Virus record (IMG/VR): IMGVR_UViG_3300022074_003403
Span: 1-35,535 of that record
From: a virus
Taxonomy: Duplodnaviria; Caudoviricetes
Strand: one strand, 5' to 3'
DNA length: 35,535 nucleotides
The number at the start of each line of letters is the position of its first letter. The first letter of the stretch is position 1. Positions 28,141-35,535 of this stretch are shown one piece after another. The notes under the pieces were generated by a model that ran no database searches, was not told the origin of the DNA, and saw only the letters and a list, made by a program, of their open reading frames with translations. The position numbers and the translations under genes are program-made.

Positions 28141-29235
28141 TTAGCTTCCTTGTCTTATGGTTATTTGAGTAGAACTTCCACCATTGATTGTGACTGTTCT
28201 TGAAACGCCATCTTGAATAAAGATTACTGTATATGAACCTGCGCTATCTATATCTACTCTTGCATTACCTGCAACATTTCTTTGCAAGGTCAGCACTTGA
28301 CCAGTTAGGAATGTTGTTATTTGTGTCTCTGTATCTTGTCCAAAAGATGTACCGACAATGGATAGACTGCCTTCAAGCGCAAGAGCGTCTTCATCCTCAG
28401 CTACATCTAAAGCGTCAAGGACATCTAACAAATCTTCTAAAAAATTTACATCCAGATAATTAATATCTAACTCCGTAAATTCTAAGTCTGCTTCATTATC
28501 TAAAAAATCTTCGTCTAAATAATCTACATCTAAGTCATTAAAATCTAAGTAGTCTGCAGTCTGCGTTGTCTGTTCTTCTTCTAAACTTACTTCTTCTCTT
28601 GGTGGATTTACTATGAGCATATTGTCAATGATGTCTAAGGTAAGGTCTAAGATTACTGGCGAAGTTGGTATGCTTTCAAAAGTATTTACAGAAGTTGCTT
28701 CAAACGGCTGCGATAGTATGACACTTCCCATAGCAGTCTGAACTTCTATTTCTCCAATCATAGAATCGTTTGGACCATAGGGAAGATTAATTAAAAGTGA
28801 TCTACCGAACTCATCTACTGTTGCTGAAAAACTACTACCTCTGATAAATATGTTAGCGCTTGGTGTTTTCAAAGTGACATTTTGCTTTGACATTCTGTCT
28901 ACATTTCCACTAAGAAATCTTGTAGTCCCTAATGCAAAGTTGAGAGACATCTTTGCTTTGCTTGGGTCTGGGTCATAGATGTAAGTATCTATAAGAAGAG
29001 AACTGTTTTCTGTAAGACGAACAATAGATTCATCCAGAAACTCTATGGCCATACGGCCATTCTTTGTTATTGCTTTGTCATTGGATTGTATTGCAAAGTC
29101 TAGCTCTGCAATATAATCCCTATCTCTGACTATCTGAGCTTTACCATTAAGCTCTGATATGTCGCCTATATCTAAATCAGCACCCAGTAGAGGTAGAGCC
29201 GTCAGACTGAATAATACAAATCGTACCATTATCAC
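28141..29235 (-). CDS. Exported FecR-domain protein with acidic repeat linker
   Basis: Signal peptide; IGDISELNG...FLDESIVRLTENS...TPSANIFIRGSSF FecR-type pattern; start may be 29229. Confidence 0.85.
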   Translation of the reverse strand: MIMVRFVLFSLTALPLLGADLDIGDISELNGKAQIVRDRDYIAELDFAIQSNDKAITKNGRMAIEFLDESIVRLTENSSLLIDTYIYDPDPSKAKMSLNFALGTTRFLSGNVDRMSKQNVTLKTPSANIFIRGSSFSATVDEFGRSLLINLPYGPNDSMIGEIEVQTAMGSVILSQPFEATSVNTFESIPTSPVILDLTLDIIDNMLIVNPPREEVSLEEEQTTQTADYLDFNDLDVDYLDEDFLDNEADLEFTELDINYLDVNFLEDLLDVLDALDVAEDEDALALEGSLSIVGTSFGQDTETQITTFLTGQVLTLQRNVAGNARVDIDSAGSYTVIFIQDGVSRTVTINGGSSTQITIRQGS

Positions 29236-29887
29236 CTATTGAGATTAGCTTTAAATAGGCATTATCTAAAGTGTCTATTTGCTGAATATTAAAGGTGCGA
29301 TCATCGCCTGTCTGGTCAAGATAGAAGAAACCATTTGCAGCACCAGAACCAGTAAAATTTACAGTGTTATCGTCACCATCAAGGTCCATAAAGTTTGTTG
29401 CTCCATCATAGTTAATATCAAAATCTAGTGTGTTGCCAGAACCTTGGATAATCCAATCTAAATCAAGCGTACCTGCAAGAGCAGTAGTACCTACATCAAG
29501 AGTAGCAGCGTTAGTATTGCCTGTAATATCTATATCATAGTCGCCAGTGTCAGCGCCAAAAGTATTACTAGGGTCTACTTGGATGGTCATAGAATTACTA
29601 TCTCCGTCAGCGTCATAAACAAAATTAATATTATCACCCAATATATCACCTAAGAAAATATTGCTACTTCCTATTTGATAAAGTTGTAAATTCATATTAA
29701 GTCCGTCAAGGTCAAACGGCTGTAAGCTACCTGCAGTGGAGTTCAAACCACCTATGATATTTCCAGAACCACCAATTTGCTCAATCTTAATTGTACTTTG
29801 ATTTCCGTTTTGATCTAAATAAATTTCATTATCGTCAGCCAAAACAGACATGCTTAGAATAAGACTTAAACTAATTAGCTTTTTCAT
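29177..29887 (-). CDS. Secreted curlin-like beta-repeat protein (CsgA/CsgB-like)
   Basis: Signal peptide MKKLISLSLILSMSVLA; repeated hydrophobic-alternating strands ending Q/x-x-G-x-x-N; directly downstream of csgG. Confidence 0.7.
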   Translation of the reverse strand: MKKLISLSLILSMSVLADDNEIYLDQNGNQSTIKIEQIGGSGNIIGGLNSTAGSLQPFDLDGLNMNLQLYQIGSSNIFLGDILGDNINFVYDADGDSNSMTIQVDPSNTFGADTGDYDIDITGNTNAATLDVGTTALAGTLDLDWIIQGSGNTLDFDINYDGATNFMDLDGDDNTVNFTGSGAANGFFYLDQTGDDRTFNIQQIDTLDNAYLKLISIGDNGTICIIQSDGSTSTGC

Positions 29888-30710
29888 GTTTCCAAAACCC
29901 TCGGTCATAACCGATATTAATTATTTCTAGTACACCTTGTTCTATCGCTTTTGAAAGAGCTAAGGTAGCACTCTCATTGGTAGAAGCACCCACTTCTATT
30001 TCAACGAGTTCTGTACCCATTTCTATGAATCGGAAAACATCTTCTGATATTCCAGTAGACCAGATAGTTTTAGAGCTGCTAACTTCTATTAGTATCTCTC
30101 CAGTAGCGACAGATACAAGACGGAGACTTACGCTCACATTGTCTTGTCTGTACTGACTAGAAGAACCAATACCGAGGTATCTAGCTCCTGCGCCACCAGT
30201 CACTAAGTTAGTATCATAACTTACTACAGCACCTTCCACAAGAAGACCTGCAAATAGCAAGGGTGGTAGCTCTGTTCCTTCGCCATTATCTGCAAATTGA
30301 TTTCTTGTACTACGAATTAATTGTCTTTCTCGGCTGAGCGAATCCAGATTAATTCTTTCTATAACTGTAAAGAAGTTTCCATTGTCCTTACCTGCATGTT
30401 TCAAAGCTCTTATAAGTATTGTATAAGGCGCTTGTGTTATAGCTGTAGAGAATAAAGCGAAACTACTATTGCTTTTTCTTTGACCTGTTTGGTCAGTAAA
30501 TGAAGTCGGATAGACTGCTACTACTGGCTTTTTGAGTGGCACTTCTACAGCAGCAAGAGCTTCACTCTGTAGATCAAGTATTTGTACTTCTTCTCGTGTG
30601 TCTGCTTTGAACCTATAAGGATTAGTGGCTTCGTCTATCTCTACTAGACTACAGCTAGAAAGTAAGATCACCAATAGGTATGGTAATTTCTGTGACATTT
30701 CCAAGCTCAT
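29871..30710 (-). CDS. csgG: Curli secretion channel CsgG-like lipoprotein
   Basis: Lipobox LLSSC; VAVY..FTDQTGQRK, FSTAITQ, F.VIER..L..L.RERQLIRSTR, GGAGARYLGIG, LRLVSVATGEIL; start 30710 or 30698. Confidence 0.93.
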   Translation of the reverse strand: MSLEMSQKLPYLLVILLSSCSLVEIDEATNPYRFKADTREEVQILDLQSEALAAVEVPLKKPVVAVYPTSFTDQTGQRKSNSSFALFSTAITQAPYTILIRALKHAGKDNGNFFTVIERINLDSLSRERQLIRSTRNQFADNGEGTELPPLLFAGLLVEGAVVSYDTNLVTGGAGARYLGIGSSSQYRQDNVSVSLRLVSVATGEILIEVSSSKTIWSTGISEDVFRFIEMGTELVEIEVGASTNESATLALSKAIEQGVLEIINIGYDRGFWKHEKAN

Positions 30711-31155
30711 CTGTAATAGTTAATGTTATAAATTCACCATCGCTTGTGTAAGTAATGGTGTTGCCAAATAGTGTGAATGTTCCACTCTCGCTTGGATTCT
30801 CTCCAAACAGATTGTCTACTATCTGTCTGCTAATCTGAGCGAATATGCGTGATTCTAAGTTCCTCTGGAAGCGACTTATTACACTGTTCTCTTCGTCCCT
30901 TTTTCTCTGTTCTTCAAGGGCCAGTAAATCTTTCCGAAGTTGCTCAGCTCTGGAATACTCCTGCTGTTCTATGGTCAGATAATGGGCCGAGGTATTTAGA
31001 GAACCATTGAATGAAGGTGACTTGAATTTGTGTGTGATCTCATCTGCTGCTAGTGAACAAGTAAGAAATGCGACAGCAAGAATCCCTACTATAATAAGTA
31101 TTTTATTTCTTCCGAATTGCAGTTCCTTTTCTACCTGCTTTTTTTTCTTCGCCAT
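30655..31155 (-). CDS. csgF: Curli assembly component CsgF-like
   Basis: Signal peptide, then HKFKSPSFNG (cf. CsgF F.NP.FGG), F..NLESRI...ISRQ, ITDELGNVTEITIP; immediately upstream of csgG. Confidence 0.85.
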   Translation of the reverse strand: MAKKKKQVEKELQFGRNKILIIVGILAVAFLTCSLAADEITHKFKSPSFNGSLNTSAHYLTIEQQEYSRAEQLRKDLLALEEQRKRDEENSVISRFQRNLESRIFAQISRQIVDNLFGENPSESGTFTLFGNTITYTSDGEFITLTITDELGNVTEITIPIGDLTF

Positions 31156-31378
31156 CTTTTAGTTTTTCTATAGTCAAGACCTTTTCTTTTAAGCGTATCA
31201 TATCTTGGTCTAAAAGTCTTAGAGCGTCTGTCAGTCTAATGATAGTCTTCTTCATATCATCAACAGCAGGGTCAATCTTATTGGTTATTGTTTGCCATAC
31301 AAAATAAACAAAATATCCAAGACCCACTACCATTACAGTAGTGAAACCAAACTTATCTATAAGTTCTACTATGTCCAC
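31103..31378 (-). CDS. Small single-TM coiled-coil membrane protein
   Basis: 91 aa, one TM plus amphipathic helix; paralogue of 31380-31673. Confidence 0.75.
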   Translation of the reverse strand: MDIVELIDKFGFTTVMVVGLGYFVYFVWQTITNKIDPAVDDMKKTIIRLTDALRLLDQDMIRLKEKVLTIEKLKDGEEKKAGRKGTAIRKK

Positions 31379-31379
31379 G

Positions 31380-31673
31380 CTAGTCCCTTCTAGCGTCTAT
31401 CTTTCCGTCCTCTACAAAGTTCTCAGCTCTCGCTATCCTTTCTAGGTCTGGAGATAAATCTAAAGCAGCAGACACTATTGTGTCTATGCGTATCATTTCA
31501 TTGTTCATTATTGTAGCTCTGGTTATGAGCATTTTAGTAATGCCTTGTATGGTCTTTATCTCGCCAACAAGTTCACCCATAAGTTGTCTCATAATAAGAA
31601 ATATAAAATAACCCATTACAAGGCCAGAAGCTATAGGAAGGCCTACAGATTCAATTAATTCAAAGGCGTTCAT
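31380..31673 (-). CDS. Small single-TM coiled-coil membrane protein
   Basis: 97 aa; aligns without gaps to the neighbour (ELI 5-7, G11, GYF 21-23, MIR 60-62). Confidence 0.75.
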   Translation of the reverse strand: MNAFELIESVGLPIASGLVMGYFIFLIMRQLMGELVGEIKTIQGITKMLITRATIMNNEMIRIDTIVSAALDLSPDLERIARAENFVEDGKIDARRD

Positions 31674-31676
31674 CTA

Positions 31677-32066
31677 CTATTTGTCTTCACCTTTAAAGCT
31701 CTTAGAAGCTCCACTAGTACCTGCATAAAGGCCAAACCATGCTGCTCCTGCTCCCACTACTACAGAGATCAAGCCAGACTGTTCAAAGTTTGGTGCTTCT
31801 AAATCCATAAACCACATTACTGTAGAGTACAGAAGTATTATATAAACAGTTAAAAACAAGCGAGGGAATATTCTCCATGCGTCTACGGCTTGTGCAAGGT
31901 GTATCCACTTTTGATGAGGATTGACATTCTTTGTGTCTTCTAATTCTCTAATCTTATCTTTAAGTTCTGATATTTCTTGTATCATGGCCATGAACTTATT
32001 GAGGTCCATTTCCACTTCATTTCGGTCCATGTCACCACCGAATCTACCACTTCCCATATTATCCAT
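31677..32066 (-). CDS. Two-TM holin-like membrane protein
   Basis: AGGAG RBS; N-terminal coiled coil, then DAWRIFPRLFL TM1 and GLISVVVGAGAAWFGLY TM2. Holin role is inference. Confidence 0.7.
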   Translation of the reverse strand: MDNMGSGRFGGDMDRNEVEMDLNKFMAMIQEISELKDKIRELEDTKNVNPHQKWIHLAQAVDAWRIFPRLFLTVYIILLYSTVMWFMDLEAPNFEQSGLISVVVGAGAAWFGLYAGTSGASKSFKGEDK

Positions 32067-32067
32067 A

Positions 32068-32436
32068 CTATGCTCCTATTGTGTAATCAGCAAAATTTTT
32101 CAAGCTCTGTAATTGTGCTGCGTCATTTTCATGATGATTTCTTAACCATGTTATCAAATCATTTGGTAAGTTAAGATCATCATACTCTGTAAAATCTGTC
32201 CTGTCAGCGTACTCACTTTCTGCAATAACATTATCTGAGCCATCATATTTTTGTCTTGTATAAGGTATAACTTTTGTGGCGCAGTCTAAAGGATAATTGA
32301 TAGATAGCTCTAAGTTGCAAGACTTACCATCGCTTCTTGACACTGCTATGGTATACATTATCTGGCTTATAACCTTCTTGCCTAGATACTCTTTGATACT
32401 ATGAGTGTTGATTGAATATGTAAATGTGTAAGTCAT
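32068..32436 (-). CDS. Hypothetical protein, possibly tail fibre-associated
   Basis: 122 aa directly after the tail-tip gene; FTEYDDL...LITWL pattern. Confidence 0.6.
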   Translation of the reverse strand: MTYTFTYSINTHSIKEYLGKKVISQIMYTIAVSRSDGKSCNLELSINYPLDCATKVIPYTRQKYDGSDNVIAESEYADRTDFTEYDDLNLPNDLITWLRNHHENDAAQLQSLKNFADYTIGA

Positions 32437-32438
32437 AA

Positions 32439-35400
32439 TTAATTGAGCTGAGTTGTACTTTCAAAACCACCACCTGCAGAACCACTACCACCACCACCAG
32501 AATATGTAGGTGTATATGTTCCAGTAGTTGTCACTGAGAAAGTGATTGCAGTTCCACCTATTTCTATAGTAGCAGTTCTTACTGCTCCTGCTGTAGCAGA
32601 AGATGTAATCTTTACTTGGAATGTTTGATTGGCACTGATAGCAGGGATACTTGAGTTCACAAAAGTCCCACTATTTACACTAACTAAAGCTGTTGAATTA
32701 CCAGAAAGATTTACTGCTTTTGTTCCTGTAAATCCACTGACTGTCACTGCAGAAAAAGTGACTGTAGTACTTGCTGATACAGTAGCACCAGAAACAGAAG
32801 TAGGATTGAAAGTCACTGTCTCAGCTCCGAATCTTACAGCTCTAGCTTTGACAAGACATGTTGTTGTACTGTCATTTGAGTCTGCATTGACAAATAAATT
32901 TAGAGCAGTGTTTGATGTATGGAAGTAGCCAAACTCAAGGTGCATTACTGGCAAGTCATTGTTGTCTCCGAACTGGTCACCTGCGTCATAATATTGATTG
33001 CCTTCTTTGATACCTATAGGCCAGTACTTTGTATAGACAGTAGTGAAGCCAGACTTTAAATCTATATGAAATGAAGCACCTCTAATGTCATCGTTTTGAG
33101 CGTCAGTTATTTCTACTGATATTGTACCCATATAGAAACCTGCTCCATCGCCAATAGAACCGAGACTCACTTGGGTCATAGAAGAACCAAAGTTCACTGT
33201 CTGGCCAGTGGTAGCTGTACCCTCAGTAGGTAAAAACAGTTCATCTAGTCTTAGTAAAGATGTATTTATTTCTCCTGCATTTAAAGAATTAGCACTAACA
33301 CTTTGCGCACCAGAAGCGAGTCCAGATACAATAGAAGCCACATTGGTTTGCGTTCCTGTAATTGCACTTGTCACATCGGCTTTGGCCACACTGTTTACAT
33401 TGTTAGTATCGTTAGATGTACCTTGGCTTGTAATTACTATGGCGTCTGTAAGGTTGTTATCGTTTTCGTCTAAAAGATTTCCAGTACCAGAAGAACCAAG
33501 TACAGCTCCAAAGGTTGCATTTGTTTCTATGCCAGAAAGTTTTGTTCCTGCTCCACTTTCTAAAGAATTAAGATCAGACAGTCCTACATTTGTTTTAGAT
33601 AAAGTTTGAGTACCACTACCTGCGTTATTGAGACCAAGCGTTGTACCACTTAAAGATAATGTTATCTGGTCATTCTTTAATATATCTGGTGCGTTGCTTC
33701 CGTCACTTTTTACTTGAGCATGATTGGTCACATTAGATAGACCGACATCGGACTTAGTGGTGTTTGAATTTACTATAGTAGTTGGTGCATTTGTTAAATC
33801 AGTTTTTACAGCGCCAACACCGACAGCAGTGACTTGTCCACCACCTGCGCCAGACAAAGTTCCGTTAGCAGCTATAGATATTTGTGCATTTTTAAGAGCG
33901 TTCTTTGCTTGTAGAGAACCACTACTGACTTCTAAGTCAGAAGAGTTGATGGTCAAGTTTGATAAATCATCTTTTACTTGTGCGTCATTTGTGACATTTG
34001 CTAGACCCACATCGGACTTAGTTGTATTGGCATTTATGATTGTACTTGGAGCATTACCAAGGCCTGTCTCAATAGCACTAATACCATCAGCCGTGACAGT
34101 ACCACCACCTGCTCCAGATAAAACACCTGCAGAAGATATGCTTACACTAGAGTTTTTAATTGTATTTGGAGCGTTGGTCAAGTCAGTTTTGACAGCTCCC
34201 AAACCACTAGCACTTACTGTACCACCACCTGCTCCAGATAAAACACCTGCAGCACTGATAGATATTTGAGCATTTTTAAGAGCGTTCTTAGCTGCAAGAT
34301 TACCACCACTTACTTCAAAGTCATCGCTTGTCAAAGATAGATTACTAAGATCATCCTTAACTTGTGCATGATTCGTCACATTAGATAGGCCGACATTTGC
34401 ATTAGATAAAGTTTGTGTACCACTCCCTGCATTATTAAGACCTAAAGTTGTACCACTTAGACTGATTGATATTTGGTCATTCTTGATTGCAGTTTTACCT
34501 CTTAGCTCTGAGCTTGTGATCTCAAACAAGTCACTCTCTACACTAAAATTAGAAAGGTCAGATTTTACTTGTTGATGATTAGTCACATTGTTAAGGCCTA
34601 TATCTTCTTTGCCAAAACGAAAACTTGCATTGACCACACTGGTAAATGCAGATTGCACACCCAATGTAGATACAGCTCTCAGCGCAAAGTAGTAGGTGAC
34701 ACCTGCAGACAGTCCATCAAGAATACTTTGAAATGCAAATTGAGTTTGTAATGGCCTTGTCGCAGGAATAACTTGGTTTAGATAAGTGTCATCCGTTGGT
34801 GTAAAGTTGGATGTATGTCTGTAGATTTTAATATCTTTTAGCTCATTGTTATTTGGATTGGTCCACTGTAATAAGATACCACCCACTGGTCCATCACCAT
34901 CGCCTTGCGCAGTGAAAGAGCTTGGAGCTGAGATTGTGGTAGGGTCTGATATTGTGATATTGACTGCGCTTGTATAGGCACTATTGATACCATTAATATC
35001 AAAGTGTCTTACCTTTACATTGTATGTATTACCGATAACTAAGTTTGGAATGATAGCTTTTGATACACCTTTACCTACAGTAATATCTCCAGTGTAGTCT
35101 GAATCAGTAGATTGTTTGTAGGCCACCTCAGTTCCTTGGACTCTATCAGATACAAGGTTTGTCCATGAAGCTACAACATTAACTTTTAAAGTTTGTCCTT
35201 CTGACTGTATATCACTTGCAAGAGAAAGACTTGTTGGTGGGTCTAATGCAAGACCACCTATATCTCCATCATCAATCCCTACATCCTCTGGGTCAATGTA
35301 ATCTGTTGATAGAAAATTGTAGACAGAACCATCTATTTCTTTCAGTTGTATGTTGCAGACTAGAATAGAATTTTCAGAATCTCCTTGAGGTTCAATGTTT

Positions 35401-35535
35401 AAAGTCATGACTTCAAACAATTTATTATTGAAACCCAGTCTCGTATTGGTGACATTTACATAGTCATGTGGTTGGAGCTGCATGTATCTGATTGGCACTA
35501 TGGTAGAGATAGTTGTATCTTGCCTAGAATACAGA
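32439..35535 (-). CDS. Tail-tip / host-specificity protein (J-like), C-terminal part with FN3 domains and internal repeats; 5'-truncated
   Basis: Frame is open to the window edge; LQPHDYVNVT..LGF..KLFEV, two FN3-like domains (PPTSL...W...YNVKVR; APSSF...W...YYFALRAV), repeated VGLSNVTN units. Confidence 0.85.
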   Translation of the reverse strand, partial: LYSRQDTTISTIVPIRYMQLQPHDYVNVTNTRLGFNNKLFEVMTLNIEPQGDSENSILVCNIQLKEIDGSVYNFLSTDYIDPEDVGIDDGDIGGLALDPPTSLSLASDIQSEGQTLKVNVVASWTNLVSDRVQGTEVAYKQSTDSDYTGDITVGKGVSKAIIPNLVIGNTYNVKVRHFDINGINSAYTSAVNITISDPTTISAPSSFTAQGDGDGPVGGILLQWTNPNNNELKDIKIYRHTSNFTPTDDTYLNQVIPATRPLQTQFAFQSILDGLSAGVTYYFALRAVSTLGVQSAFTSVVNASFRFGKEDIGLNNVTNHQQVKSDLSNFSVESDLFEITSSELRGKTAIKNDQISISLSGTTLGLNNAGSGTQTLSNANVGLSNVTNHAQVKDDLSNLSLTSDDFEVSGGNLAAKNALKNAQISISAAGVLSGAGGGTVSASGLGAVKTDLTNAPNTIKNSSVSISSAGVLSGAGGGTVTADGISAIETGLGNAPSTIINANTTKSDVGLANVTNDAQVKDDLSNLTINSSDLEVSSGSLQAKNALKNAQISIAANGTLSGAGGGQVTAVGVGAVKTDLTNAPTTIVNSNTTKSDVGLSNVTNHAQVKSDGSNAPDILKNDQITLSLSGTTLGLNNAGSGTQTLSKTNVGLSDLNSLESGAGTKLSGIETNATFGAVLGSSGTGNLLDENDNNLTDAIVITSQGTSNDTNNVNSVAKADVTSAITGTQTNVASIVSGLASGAQSVSANSLNAGEINTSLLRLDELFLPTEGTATTGQTVNFGSSMTQVSLGSIGDGAGFYMGTISVEITDAQNDDIRGASFHIDLKSGFTTVYTKYWPIGIKEGNQYYDAGDQFGDNNDLPVMHLEFGYFHTSNTALNLFVNADSNDSTTTCLVKARAVRFGAETVTFNPTSVSGATVSASTTVTFSAVTVSGFTGTKAVNLSGNSTALVSVNSGTFVNSSIPAISANQTFQVKITSSATAGAVRTATIEIGGTAITFSVTTTGTYTPTYSGGGGSGSAGGGFESTTQLN
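34099..34252. repeat. 34-bp exact direct repeat, 120-bp period, within the tail gene
   Basis: GTACCACCACCTGCTCCAGATAAAACACCTGCAG at 34099-34132 and 34219-34252. Confidence 0.85.

Noticed and set aside
32629-34751. Plus-strand ORFs antisense to the tail gene, and similar ones opposite head and lysis genes
   Set aside because: Antisense shadows of well-supported minus-strand genes.
32439-35535. Diversity-generating retroelement target in the tail gene
   Set aside because: No reverse transcriptase in the window and no adenine-specific TR/VR pair seen.
1-35535. Integrase, att site, tRNA or host flanking genes
   Set aside because: None recognised; temperate or prophage status cannot be determined from this window.

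Overview
This window is a large part of a tailed dsDNA phage genome with an HK97-type head. It is AT-rich and densely coded with AGGAG ribosome-binding sites. A two-component spanin implies a Gram-negative host, and the gene content resembles uncultured marine phages (inference). Left to right: (minus strand) a partial HxGH nucleotidyltransferase, two hypotheticals, a 1707-aa collagen fibre with an S74 chaperone, head genes (decoration, major capsid, protease, gpF-like, extended portal), terminase, hypotheticals, an RHH protein, a Twinkle/T7-gp4-like primase-helicase and a replication initiator; (plus strand) PD-(D/E)XK nuclease, ERF, SSB-like, DUF968-like, XRE regulator; (minus strand) a lysis region and a partial tail-tip protein. 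The most striking element is a tightly packed cassette inside the lysis region: three small membrane proteins, CsgF, CsgG, a secreted curlin-like repeat protein, a FecR-domain protein and a CHASE2 class III adenylate cyclase, running straight into spanins, a holin-like gene, a thermonuclease and the endolysin. It is a candidate phage-encoded curli-pore/cAMP trans-envelope signalling system. Other notable signals are a TAGTT-N8-AACTA operator at five promoters, a probably leaderless XRE gene, and apparent absence of CCNGG (no Pro-Gly seen in any protein). All family calls are from motif recognition by eye; no searches were run.
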